Source: Candidatus Pacearchaeota archaeon (GTDB taxonomy: Archaea > Nanobdellota > Nanobdellia > Pacearchaeales > GW2011-AR1). From it: DNA of 64,000 bases. This document shows positions 38,406-49,100 of the stretch, piece by piece. A program made the translations under genes and the position numbers. The notes below the pieces were generated by a model. That model was given only the letters and a program-made list of their open reading frames with translations. It was not told the origin of the DNA and made no database searches. The stretch spans positions 65,091 through 129,090 of the forward strand of contig JAGLGM010000001.1 of NCBI GenBank assembly GCA_023144035.1, read 5' to 3'. Position 1 is the first letter of the stretch. Each line of letters opens with the position of its first letter.

Positions 38406-39515
38406 TTACTTCAAATATCTCCTAATTTTCTTCTTAGATTTTGCTAATTTCTTTTGGTGAACTTTCAAAAAACTATTAATTTTCTTAATAGTATATTCTT
38501 TTAATTGCCCTGTTAATAATTCTCCCTTCCTATATTTTTCTTCAATTTCTTTTAATTTCTCATCATTTGGCTCAAAAAAGAATTTTAAATATTGAAAGCT
38601 AACATCAATATCAGGATTTCCACCTTTTTCTTGATGTTCTTTTAAAGTAGCTCTTCCACCTGAAAAAGCATATTTTTTAATTTTTCTTTCAACATCTTTT
38701 TCAGAATCTGTTAAAGCTATATATGAACTAGACTCTGAAGAAGACATTTTCCCTCCTCCAAGTCCTGAAATAAAAAGATGATAAGTTGAACTTAATTGGA
38801 TAAATCCTTTAACTCTCTTAGAAATATCTCTTGCTAATCTTAAATGAGGATCTTGATCAATACCTACAGGAACTAAAACAGGAATTTGTCCTTCAAATTC
38901 TTTTAATTGAGGATGCAACATATCAGAAGCTTGCAAAAGAGAAGACAACATTTTCCCAGGATTAATATCTCCATAAACAGCTTTAAATTCATTAAAATTT
39001 ACATGTCTAGCTAAAACATTCTGCAATCTATAATATGCATTTGCTTTTTTAGCATCTTTAGAACGTTCACTTTGAAAATAAATTTCACAATTTGCAGGTT
39101 TTAATCCTAATGCTATATAATTAGAAACATATTCTTCTAAAGCAATCTTTCTACTTTCTTCTAAACTTTGTCCTCTTGCATTATATGCTTCTATATCTGC
39201 AACAGCAATATATATTTTAGCTCCTAATTTCTGATAAAACACCATTTGCTGTGCTAAAATCATATGTCCAATATGGAATTTCCCAGTAGGCATTAAACCA
39301 GTCATCATCACAAAAGGTTTTTTAGATTTTATAATTTCTAAAATTCTTTGAATATCTCTATGTGCAAAAATAATTTTCCTTCTAAATAAAATTTCTTTAT
39401 TAAAAATCTTTGGAAGTTCAGTTAAATGAGAAACTCCAAATTTTTTAATCAACTTTTCATAGTCTAAATTTCCAGAAACTTCCCACGGAGTGATTTTACT
39501 TGATTCATTTATCAT
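38406..39515 (-). CDS. trpS: Tryptophanyl-tRNA synthetase
   Basis: TPWEV, HIGH, VPVGIDQDPH, KMSSS and YAFSGGR motifs. Confidence 0.96.
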   Translation of the reverse strand: MINESSKITPWEVSGNLDYEKLIKKFGVSHLTELPKIFNKEILFRRKIIFAHRDIQRILEIIKSKKPFVMMTGLMPTGKFHIGHMILAQQMVFYQKLGAKIYIAVADIEAYNARGQSLEESRKIALEEYVSNYIALGLKPANCEIYFQSERSKDAKKANAYYRLQNVLARHVNFNEFKAVYGDINPGKMLSSLLQASDMLHPQLKEFEGQIPVLVPVGIDQDPHLRLARDISKRVKGFIQLSSTYHLFISGLGGGKMSSSESSSYIALTDSEKDVERKIKKYAFSGGRATLKEHQEKGGNPDIDVSFQYLKFFFEPNDEKLKEIEEKYRKGELLTGQLKEYTIKKINSFLKVHQKKLAKSKKKIRRYLK

Positions 39516-39597
39516 ACCTTGTTAAAGAAGAATCTATTTTTAAACATTATCAAATCCTACAAATATTTATAAATCCTATTTAGTTTAAATTATTAAA

Positions 39598-41628
39598 ATG
39601 AGGCGAACAATATTATCTCTAATTTTTCTTATCTTATTGGTATTAACTATATCAACTATATCTGCAGATGTAATTATTACTCAACAACCAAATGAGGTTT
39701 ATAATCTCGGAGATGTCGTAAATCTTCCAATGAAAATAACAACTGCTGTAGAGCTTCCATCATCTATTTTTAAAATAAATTTAATTTGTAATGGTATAGA
39801 AACACTTGTTTATCAAGAATTTTTGGTTCTTTCTACAGGAGAAGAAGCTGAACGAAATCCAAAAATTCCATTAATGCAAGAATTAATCGGAAGACCAACA
39901 GGAACTTGCGTATTAAAAGCAATTCTTGATTTAGAAACATTTGAATTAACAGAATCATTTACAATTTCAGATTATGTTACTATTTCAATAACTGAACAAA
40001 AATCAGAAGCTGCTCCAGAAGAAAATATAGTCTTAGAGGGAAATGCTATAAAAGATAATGGAGAAAATGTACAAGGAATAGGAGAAATAAGAATAATAAA
40101 AGATAATGAAACAATTATTGAATTAACAGACACTGTTAAAAATGGATATTTTTATTTTAATTTTTCTTTTCCTAAAGATTCACAAGCAGGGCAATATTTA
40201 GTCCAATTAAATATTTATGAAAATGACAATTTAGGAGAAAAAACAAATAAAGGATTTATTAATTACAATCTATTAATAGCTCAAGTTCCTACAAGCTTAG
40301 AAGTAATATTTGATACTCCAAAAGTAGAGCCTGGAACAGATTTAAAAGTTAAAACAATTCTTCATGACCAAACAGGAGTACCTATAGAAACAACTTCTAT
40401 TATTACAATAAAAAATGACAATCAGGAAATTATTGAACAAGTAGAAAAAAGCACAGGTGAATTCTTAGAATTCCCTATAGCTTATAACGAACCTGCAGCA
40501 GAATGGGAAATAGTTGCTCTTTCAAATAAAATAACAACAGAAGCTTCTTTTGAAATAATTGAAAAAGAAGATATAGAAATAGTTCTTATAAATAGAACAA
40601 TTACAATTTTAAATACAGGAAATATTCCTTATTGTAATAAATCTGTATTAATAAAAATAGGAAATGATTCTCTAAATGTTGATGTTTGTTTAGAAGTAGA
40701 TCAAGAACAAGAATATATTTTAACAGCTCCAGAAGGAGAATATCAAGTAGATATTATAAGTGAAGGTGAAGAAAAAATAAGCCAAAGTGTTATGCTTACA
40801 GGAAGAGCAATAGATGTAAAAGCTGTTTCAGGGAAAAACTTTATTAATCGTCCCTTAGTTTGGATTTTCTTGATAGGTATCTTAGGTTTTGTTGCATTTT
40901 TATTCTTTAAAAAAGGGTATAAAAGAAACTTTATAGGATATGTTACAAAAAGAAAGAAATCAAAAACCAGCACCCAATTAACAAAAGGTTCTCTATTAAA
41001 CACAAAGAACAAAGCAGAACTTTCTTTATCTATTAAAGGAGATAAACAAAATGTAAGTGTTATTTGTTTAAAAATAAAGAATCTACAAGAAATTAGTTCT
41101 AAAAAAGGAATTGTGGAAGAATCTTTACAAAAGATAATTAATTTAGTTGAAGAGAAAAAAGCATATGTTTATGAAAACAATGAAAATATATTTTTCATTT
41201 TTGCTCCTGTAAATACAAAAACTTTTAGTAATGAAAAATCAGCAGTTGATGTTGCTCAAAAAATATCAAATGCTTTAACAGAAGGGAATAAAATATACAA
41301 AGATAAAATAAACTTTGGAATTGGATTAAATTATGGAACAATTATAGCTAAAAAAGAAAAAGGAACATTCCAATTTATGAGTATGGGAACACTTATAACA
41401 ACTGCAAAAAAAACAGCAAATGCTTCTAAAGGAGATTTATTATTAGGTGAAAAAATGAATGATAAATTAAGAACACAAGTAAAAACAGAAAAAGAAATGC
41501 ATGGAAATACTGAATTATACAGGATAAAAGAAATCAAAACAAGAGGAGATCATAAAAACTTCTTAAGTAATTTTGTTAAAAAATTAGAAAAAGATAAAAA
41601 AGAACAAGAAGCTAAAAAATTAAAATAA
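39598..41628 (+). CDS. Single-pass membrane protein: extracellular Ig-like region plus cytoplasmic degenerate class III nucleotide cyclase-like domain
   Basis: Signal peptide; TM at about aa 420-437; C-terminal VSVICLKIKN...FFIF...FGIGLNYGTII...MGTLITTAKK. Confidence 0.6.
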   Translation: MRRTILSLIFLILLVLTISTISADVIITQQPNEVYNLGDVVNLPMKITTAVELPSSIFKINLICNGIETLVYQEFLVLSTGEEAERNPKIPLMQELIGRPTGTCVLKAILDLETFELTESFTISDYVTISITEQKSEAAPEENIVLEGNAIKDNGENVQGIGEIRIIKDNETIIELTDTVKNGYFYFNFSFPKDSQAGQYLVQLNIYENDNLGEKTNKGFINYNLLIAQVPTSLEVIFDTPKVEPGTDLKVKTILHDQTGVPIETTSIITIKNDNQEIIEQVEKSTGEFLEFPIAYNEPAAEWEIVALSNKITTEASFEIIEKEDIEIVLINRTITILNTGNIPYCNKSVLIKIGNDSLNVDVCLEVDQEQEYILTAPEGEYQVDIISEGEEKISQSVMLTGRAIDVKAVSGKNFINRPLVWIFLIGILGFVAFLFFKKGYKRNFIGYVTKRKKSKTSTQLTKGSLLNTKNKAELSLSIKGDKQNVSVICLKIKNLQEISSKKGIVEESLQKIINLVEEKKAYVYENNENIFFIFAPVNTKTFSNEKSAVDVAQKISNALTEGNKIYKDKINFGIGLNYGTIIAKKEKGTFQFMSMGTLITTAKKTANASKGDLLLGEKMNDKLRTQVKTEKEMHGNTELYRIKEIKTRGDHKNFLSNFVKKLEKDKKEQEAKKLK

Positions 41629-42144
41629 TTCTAAATAACTATTAATTATTGCACGTTTTATTTCAGGATGTTTTTCTTCTAAATTGCCTATAAAATTTGA
41701 AATATTATCTTTCTTTTCATCCTCTTTTCTAAATTTTAATCCCTTTAATTTAGCATATAATAAAACTTCTTCATCTAAAAATAAATATAATGGTTTAATC
41801 ACTTTTCCTTGAACAGCTTTCAAGTCTCTCAAATTCTCCACCTTTCCTTTAATTAATTCATGAATAAATTTATCTGACCCCATATCTATAGTAGATGAAA
41901 TTGCTTTTTTTGCTTTAAAATTATTTCTTTTTACTAATTTAATATCTGCTTTTTCAGAAAACATTTTTAAAACATCTTCTAACACAACTCCTCTAAAATC
42001 TCCTTTATTTTCATAAAAAATCAAATCATTATTTTTTATCATTTCAAATTTCCTAATTGTATATAGAACCTTCTTTTGAAAATATTTAAGAAATTCTGAT
42101 TTAGTTAATTTCCTTTGATTAGTAAATTCATATACATATTTCAT
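41620..42144 (-). CDS. Degenerate TtcA/Ncs6-like protein
   Basis: KKVLYTIRKFEMI, IKPLY...EEV.LYA and LEEKHP.IK match the TtcA/Ctu scaffold; no SGGxDS PP-loop. Confidence 0.55.
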   Translation of the reverse strand: MKYVYEFTNQRKLTKSEFLKYFQKKVLYTIRKFEMIKNNDLIFYENKGDFRGVVLEDVLKMFSEKADIKLVKRNNFKAKKAISSTIDMGSDKFIHELIKGKVENLRDLKAVQGKVIKPLYLFLDEEVLLYAKLKGLKFRKEDEKKDNISNFIGNLEEKHPEIKRAIINSYLELF

Positions 42145-43037
42145 TATAATTTCTCCTTATCAAACTTCTCCCTATCTTTTAAATTTCCTTTTTTTGAATA
42201 TGCTTTAATTAATTTATTTGTTTTATTAATAACTGCTTTGGAAAGGGCGGTGGTAGGGGAAGTGGTGGCTTTACTCATTATTACTGCACTTGGAGCAGGA
42301 TAATCTGGTTCAATAACTTTTCCTGCTTTACTTGATTCAATAATTTTATTCTCCTTCTCATCTCTTCCAATAATAATCCATATTTTACCAAACATAAAAT
42401 GTCTCCCAATTCCAACAAGATTTATTTCTTTTTCATTTAATCCTCTTTTTAGTAAAGTCTCTAATCTAATTTTCAAAGCTTTTTCACAAAGTAAACATCC
42501 TCCAGCAGGATCAGGATATTTAATCTTAAATTTTTTAGCAAGAGCAATCTGAGGTTTTCTAGATCTTCCCTGAAATTTATAAAAATCAATTAAAGGTCTA
42601 ATAATTCTATTTTTTAATTTTGATTCTTCCTCAATTACTTTTATTTGCTTTTTTTGTTGAGACATAGGCCTTTGACCAATAACTTCTCCTGTTACAATAA
42701 ATTCAATCTTTTGTTTATCTGCAAATTTCTTTACTTTCTTTAACATAAAAATTCGACAATCAATGCAAGGATTTATTCCTGCACCTCTTCCATGTTTAGC
42801 TTTCTTAATAACTTCTAAATACTCTTTTAAGAGCTTTCCCTTTGTACAATCAAAAACTTTAAGTTTTAACCCTTGTAATTGTGAAAAATTAAAAGAACAC
42901 CCTTCACTACAACATCCTGTTCCAAAAGGTAATTTAAAAAATACTGCAAGAACATCAAACCCTTTTTCTTGCATAATCTTAATAGCAAGTCTACTATCTA
43001 ATCCTCCTGAAAACATAACAATACATTTTTTCTTCAT
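42144..43037 (-). CDS. ThiI-like PP-loop tRNA sulfurtransferase
   Basis: FSGGLDS, NPCIDCR, TGEVIGQRPMSQ and YPDPAGGCLL motifs. Confidence 0.85.
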   Translation of the reverse strand: MKKKCIVMFSGGLDSRLAIKIMQEKGFDVLAVFFKLPFGTGCCSEGCSFNFSQLQGLKLKVFDCTKGKLLKEYLEVIKKAKHGRGAGINPCIDCRIFMLKKVKKFADKQKIEFIVTGEVIGQRPMSQQKKQIKVIEEESKLKNRIIRPLIDFYKFQGRSRKPQIALAKKFKIKYPDPAGGCLLCEKALKIRLETLLKRGLNEKEINLVGIGRHFMFGKIWIIIGRDEKENKIIESSKAGKVIEPDYPAPSAVIMSKATTSPTTALSKAVINKTNKLIKAYSKKGNLKDREKFDKEKL

Positions 43038-43067
43038 AACAAGAAAATAGAAAAAGTATTTTATAAA

Positions 43068-43928
43068 CTATTTCTTCTTAGACTTTTGAACTGGTTTATC
43101 TTTAATTGCTTTAACTTGCTCTTTAACTTGTTTCTTAATCTGTTCTTTAACTTCTTTAGTTGATTCTCCTCTCTGAAATAATTTTGAAATTTTAAATCCT
43201 ACAAGAAATAATTTAACAACAAATCCAATTATTACAAGTCCAAGTCCTGTAAAGAAAGCAATATTAAAAACAACACGTGCTTTTGAAAAGAAAATACTTA
43301 ATAATTCAAAAACTATTTTATCTCCTGAAAAAGACATAAAAGTTCCAATTTTTAAGAAAGGTATTGCAGCAACTATTAATAAAATTCCAGGAATTAAAAA
43401 AGAATTTTGTTTCTTTTTATATAATAAAAATAAACAACCAATTAAAACAAGAGCAACAGTTAATGCCCAGTAAAATTTAGCTTTCCAATAATCTCTTGCA
43501 TATTCTGAAACTAAAAATAAAGGAATTTCTTCTTCTCCAAGACACTTCCAAAAATCACAAGTATAATCTTTATAATAAGCAGTTTCAATAATACTATCAA
43601 CTCCTGAAGCTATAATTGCATCTGTTCCTTGAGTTAAAGTTTCACATGAAAGTGTAATTTCAAATCCCCCTTCACTAAAAACATATCCTTCTGGATAATC
43701 TTCACATTGAATATTCATATTTTCTAATTCTTTTTCTATTTCAGCTGGGATATCAACTCCTATTTCTTCTTCTAAAGTTCCTTGAATTAAAGGAGCAATT
43801 TTATCATAAACATTTTCATATTGTAAAGATAAAGTTAATGTTAAAAAAGAACATCCAAGTAAAAAAATTATAAAGAGTAAAATAGTTACAAAAACTCCTA
43901 AAGCACCTCTTATAAACCCCATATACAA
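43068..43928 (-). CDS. Multi-pass membrane protein
   Basis: N-terminal TM, Cys-containing loop, three further hydrophobic helices. Confidence 0.7.
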   Translation of the reverse strand: MYMGFIRGALGVFVTILLFIIFLLGCSFLTLTLSLQYENVYDKIAPLIQGTLEEEIGVDIPAEIEKELENMNIQCEDYPEGYVFSEGGFEITLSCETLTQGTDAIIASGVDSIIETAYYKDYTCDFWKCLGEEEIPLFLVSEYARDYWKAKFYWALTVALVLIGCLFLLYKKKQNSFLIPGILLIVAAIPFLKIGTFMSFSGDKIVFELLSIFFSKARVVFNIAFFTGLGLVIIGFVVKLFLVGFKISKLFQRGESTKEVKEQIKKQVKEQVKAIKDKPVQKSKKK

Positions 43929-43953
43929 TTAAGAAAAAGATAGTTTATAAAAT

Positions 43954-44832
43954 TTACATTCTCTCCAAAACTTGAATTCTTTTATCAAGTGAAGGATGTG
44001 TTTTACCCATTGCTCCAAAAGGATTTGAAATAAATAAAGGTGCAACAGCTTTACTAACTTTCTTTTCAGGGGGAGCATGGTCTTCTTTAATTTTTTTCAA
44101 AGCTCTTATTAATCCACCAGGATATCTTGTAAACTTTACAGCAGAAGCATCTGCAACAAATTCTCTTTTTCTAGAAATTGACATTTGAACAATATAAACT
44201 ACAATAGGTGCTAAAATTGCTAAAGCAATTCCGATTATCATAAAAATAATTTTACTTTTATCATTTCCTCCACTACTAAACCATAAACTTCTTAAAAATA
44301 TTTGAGAAATAATTGCAACCATTCCAACCATAACAGCAACTAAAGTCATATATCTCATATCATAACTTGCTATATGGCCTAACTCATGCGCAAGAACTGC
44401 TTCAAGTTCATTTTTATCTAATTTTTCTAAAGCCCCTTCTGTAACACAAATCACTGCATGTTGAGGATCTCTACCAGAAGCAAAAGCATTTATCTGTTTA
44501 GAGTGCATAATATAAAGTTCTGGCTTAGGCAAACCTGAAGCTAAAGTTAATCCTTCAACTAAACTATGATATTGTTTATAATCATCTTTGTAAGCTTTAG
44601 TCGCTTTAACACTCGCAATTGCAATACGATGTGAATTATAATAACTAATTAAAATATAACTCATTGAAAATAAAATTGCAACAATCATTATAATAAAAAA
44701 ATATGCAGGACTAAATGCCAAAGAAATAACATAACCTAATAAAACTAATATTACAAATACACTAAACATTAGAAAAACAGATCTTCTTTTATTTCTTGTA
44801 ATTTGATCACGGAAATCTATTCTTTTTTTCAT
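43954..44832 (-). CDS. htpX: HtpX (M48) membrane zinc protease
   Basis: NAFASG, AVLAHELGH, SRKREFVAD and THP..DKRI motifs. Confidence 0.94.
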   Translation of the reverse strand: MKKRIDFRDQITRNKRRSVFLMFSVFVILVLLGYVISLAFSPAYFFIIMIVAILFSMSYILISYYNSHRIAIASVKATKAYKDDYKQYHSLVEGLTLASGLPKPELYIMHSKQINAFASGRDPQHAVICVTEGALEKLDKNELEAVLAHELGHIASYDMRYMTLVAVMVGMVAIISQIFLRSLWFSSGGNDKSKIIFMIIGIALAILAPIVVYIVQMSISRKREFVADASAVKFTRYPGGLIRALKKIKEDHAPPEKKVSKAVAPLFISNPFGAMGKTHPSLDKRIQVLERM

Positions 44833-44867
44833 AAATAATATAAATTAAACTGGTTTTTAAGATTAAC

Positions 44868-45335
44868 CTAATTACATTTTCCCTTAGAAGCAAATATTTT
44901 CACGCCTTCTAATTTTTCTCTTGCCTCTTCATATGCTTTGCCATCATTCATTATATTAAAAGAATCATATGTATTACGAAATTTTTGTTTAAGGTGAAGT
45001 TCCCCATCTTTTTCATAAATAAAATTACTCCATTTCATTAAAGATGAACAATCTCCTTCTGAAAATTCAAAAGCTCTTAATTCTGAAGACATAACAAGAT
45101 TTGAAGAAATAGTCTGTAATCTTCCAATCCCTGCATAATCTCCAACACAATAAGCAAATATAAAACCAGTTATTTCACTTTTAATATCCTCTCTCTCATA
45201 AATTCTTCCTTTAATTTTTTCAGGGCTTGCAGGCCATGCATTTTTTGTAGGATCAAGGTTCAACTCTAAAAGTCCCTTATTTGTAGAAGCAAGTCTTTCA
45301 AGATCTTTTTCACAAAGTATCTTATAAGTTTTCAT
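44868..45335 (-). CDS. Hypothetical protein between lemA and htpX
   Basis: 155-aa ORF with no recognised motif. Confidence 0.6.
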   Translation of the reverse strand: MKTYKILCEKDLERLASTNKGLLELNLDPTKNAWPASPEKIKGRIYEREDIKSEITGFIFAYCVGDYAGIGRLQTISSNLVMSSELRAFEFSEGDCSSLMKWSNFIYEKDGELHLKQKFRNTYDSFNIMNDGKAYEEAREKLEGVKIFASKGKCN

Positions 45336-45388
45336 AAAAAAATCAATATCTACAAGATTTAAAAAAATATGTATACTCTAAAATTATA

Positions 45389-45943
45389 TTAAAATTTAAC
45401 ATCAACTTTCTTTTTCTCTGATTCTGTTATTTGAAGATATTTTCTTTCTTTTTTTCCATACATATTAGCAAAAATAACTCCTGGGAAAGTTTTACATAAA
45501 TTATTGTAAGCTAAAATAGAATCATTATAAAATTGCCTAGCATATGCAATCTTATCTTCTGTTGCTGTAAGTTCTCTTTGTAATTCAAGAAAATTAGTAT
45601 TTGCCTTTAAATCAGGATAACCTTCTGCAAGTGCAAAAATTGTCTTTAATGCAGATTCTAATTGTTTGTTTGCCTCAACTTTTTTCTCTACACCTTTAGC
45701 ACCCATCAATACTTTACGAGCATCTGTAACTTCTTTAATAGCTGCTTTTTCATGTTTCATATAACCTTTAACAGATTCAATTAAATTAGGAATTAAATCT
45801 GCCCTTCTCTTTAATTGAACATTTATTTGTGCTAAAGAATTATCAATTCTATTTCCTAATAATACAAATTTATTATAATATCCTAAGAAAATAAAAATTA
45901 GTAAAACTGCTACAATAATTAAAATCCAAAATACTAATAACAT
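45389..45943 (-). CDS. lemA: LemA family protein
   Basis: VQLKRRADLIPNL, AEGYPDLKAN.NF.ELQ and TEDKIAYARQFYN motifs. Confidence 0.95.
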   Translation of the reverse strand: MLLVFWILIIVAVLLIFIFLGYYNKFVLLGNRIDNSLAQINVQLKRRADLIPNLIESVKGYMKHEKAAIKEVTDARKVLMGAKGVEKKVEANKQLESALKTIFALAEGYPDLKANTNFLELQRELTATEDKIAYARQFYNDSILAYNNLCKTFPGVIFANMYGKKERKYLQITESEKKKVDVKF

Positions 45944-45993
45944 ATTTAAGATAAAAAAACTAGATTTATAAAGTTAATGAAATAATAATAAAC

Positions 45994-46164
45994 ATGACAA
46001 GCGTAGATAAAGAAAAGTGTATTGGGTGTGGCAGATGTATAGAAATTTGTGAAGAAGTTTTTTCTATGCAAAGTGATGGAAAAGCTTTTGTAAAGAAAGA
46101 ATCAAACAATCCTTGTGTAAAAGACGCAATTGCTTCATGTCCTGTTGAAGCTATAGAAGAATAA
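45994..46164 (+). CDS. Monocluster ferredoxin (56 aa; not in ORF track)
   Basis: MTSVDKEKCIGCGRCIEIC...AIASCPVEAIEE: CxxCxxC plus distal CP. Confidence 0.92.
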   Translation: MTSVDKEKCIGCGRCIEICEEVFSMQSDGKAFVKKESNNPCVKDAIASCPVEAIEE

Positions 46165-46198
46165 AAACCTTTATTAAGTATTTTTATTTTTATTTAAT

Positions 46199-49100
46199 AT
46201 GCAAGAGGTAAAAGAGGAAATTCAAAAAAATCCTATCCCAGAAAAAAAAGAGAATTCTAAAACATCTAGTAATGAAAAACCTGATTTTGTAAAATGGTTT
46301 TCTGAATTAAATAAAGATTCTGGAAAATATGTAGGTGGAAAAGGAGCAAATTTAGCTGAAATATATAATTTAAAAATAGCAGTGCCTCCTGGATTTGTCG
46401 TGACTGCTCAAGCTTATGATTATTTTATTGATAAAGCAGGATTAGCAAATAAAATAAGTGAAATTCTCAGTAAAATAAATTATGAAGATACAAAACAATT
46501 AGATGAAAGTACAAAACAAATTAGAGAATTAATTGAAAATGCAAAGTTTCCAAAAGAAATGCAAGAAGAAATTCTTGAGTCATATAGTCATTTAGATGTT
46601 GAAGAAGAAGATTTTAGGCAAAGTGAATCAGTTATAGATATTTTAAAAACTTCAAGAGAACCTTTATTTGTTGCTGTAAGAAGCAGTGCTACAGCAGAAG
46701 ATCTTCCAGATGCTAGTTTTGCAGGACAACAAGATTCTTTTGTAAATATAAAAGGAAATGATAATTTAATGCTTCACATAAAAAAATGTTTTGCTTCTTT
46801 ATACACTTCAAGAGCAACATATTATAGAAACAAAAAAAATTTCAAACATGAAGATGTTAGTTTAGCAGTAATAATTCAAAAAATGGTTGATTCTGTTAAA
46901 TCAGGAGTAATCTTTTCAAAAGACCCTACTCATAAAAAGGACAATGTTATTATAGAAGCTGTTTGGGGATTAGGAGAAGGAATAGTTTCTGGCGCAATTA
47001 CTCCAGACAAACACATAGTTTCACAAAAATTAGAAATTATTGATACAAAATTAGCTAATAAAAAAATAGCAATAACAAGAGATGCAGGAGGGAAAAAAGT
47101 AACTGTTAAACTTAGAGAAGAAAAAGCTCAACAACAAGTTCTAAAAGAATATGAAATAAAAAAATTAGCTGAAACAGCTTTAAAACTAGAAAAACATTAT
47201 CAAAAACCTCAAGACATTGAATTTGCAATTGAAGGTGAAGATATAATGATTGTTCAAACACGTCCAATAACAACAATTGAATCAAGAGTAGAAAAAGGAA
47301 CAGAACTAAAAGGAGAAGCAATTCTTTCAGGATTAGCTGCTTCACCTGGAATTGGTGTTGGAAAAGTAAAAATAATAGAAGATTTAGCAGACCTCTCTAA
47401 ATTAGTTCAAGGAGATGTTTTAGTAACAGGTATGACAAATCCAGACATGGTTGTTGCAATGCAAAAATCAGCTGCAATAGTTACAGATGAAGGAGGTTTA
47501 ACAGCTCATGCTGCAATTGTATCAAGAGAAATGGGAATTCCATGCATTGTAGGAACACAAGAAGCAACTACTAAATTAAAAGAAGGAGAAATAATCACAG
47601 TAGACGGTACAAATGGAAAAGTATACAAAGGAAAAGTTGCAGAAGCAAAACAAAAAGAAGTATTACCTGTAACAGCTCAAACAAAAACAGAAATAAAAGT
47701 TATGGTTGATTTACCAAGTTTTGCAGAACGTGCATTTAAATCTGGATTAAAAAAAGTAGGTTTAACAAGAATGGAAGGAATAATTGCAGAATCTGGAAAG
47801 CACCCTCAATATTTTTTAGAACAAAATAAAATACAAGATTATGAAGAAGTAATTTTTAAAGGTATTCAAGGCATTTCAAAATATTTTGAAGAACTATGGA
47901 TTAGAACTTCTGATATTAGAAGTGATGAATTTCAAAACTTAGAAGGAGCTCCAAAAATTAAAGAAGCAAACCCTATGTTAGGAATGCATGGAATTAGATA
48001 TGGTTTAAAAAATCCAGAAATATTAAAAGCAGAATTAAAAGCTCTAAAAAGAGTTGCAGAGCAAGGAAAAACAATTGGTTTATTACTTCCACAAATAATT
48101 TCAGTAGATGAAGTAAAAAAAGTTAAAGAATTTTTAAAAGAAATAGATTTTCAAAAAGCAAAAATCGGAATAATGGTTGAAACTCCTGCTGCAGTACAAA
48201 TAATAAATGATTTATGTACAGAAGGAATTGATTTTATTTCCTTTGGAACAAATGATTTAACACAATATCTTTTAGCAGTTGATAGAGGAAACGAGCAAGT
48301 TCAATATATTTACAATGAATTAAATCCTGCAATTTTATATCAATTAGAATTTGTAATAAGAGTTTGTAAAAGAAATAAAGTTCAAACAAGTATTTGTGGA
48401 CAAGCAGGAAGTAAAAAAGAAATGGTTAAATTCTTAGTTGAAAGAGGAATTGATAGTATAAGTGTAAATGCAGATGTAGCAAAAGAAATTTCAGAATATA
48501 TTGTAGAAATTGAAAAAACACAAATTAAAGGAACAGATAAAGAGCCAAGACAATATGAATTAAAAAAAGAAGAAGCTCAAGATTCAGCAAACATAGTTGC
48601 TTCACCTAAAGAGCCAAGACAATATCAACCTGAAAAGAAAATTATTCAAGATAAAAATAATACTGGTAATAAGATGTTAGTTAATAAAAATAATAATCTA
48701 AAATCTGCTGAAAATAGTACTAATAGTAAAAGTAATTTAGTGGAAGGTAGCTCTGAAGAATTTGTAAAACCTCAAAAAGTAGAAGAACCTATTCAAGAAA
48801 CTTCTAAGCCTATTGAACCTATTCCTGAACCTGAAACAACACCTATTGAACAAGAAAAACAAGAATATGAGAAAAACCTTGAAAATAAAGAAATTAAAGA
48901 AAGCCCTAAAGAAGAACTAAAAGAGGAAACCAAAGAAGAACCTCCTACAATACCTGGAATTCAAAATTTATCAAAAGAAGATGTGGAAAAAGATATTCAA
49001 GCAATTGAACAAGAAAAACAAGAATATCTTAAAGAACACCCGGAGGAAAAGGAAAAAGAGGGAGAAACTGAAGAAAAGGAAGAAGAAGAAAAAGAGGAAG

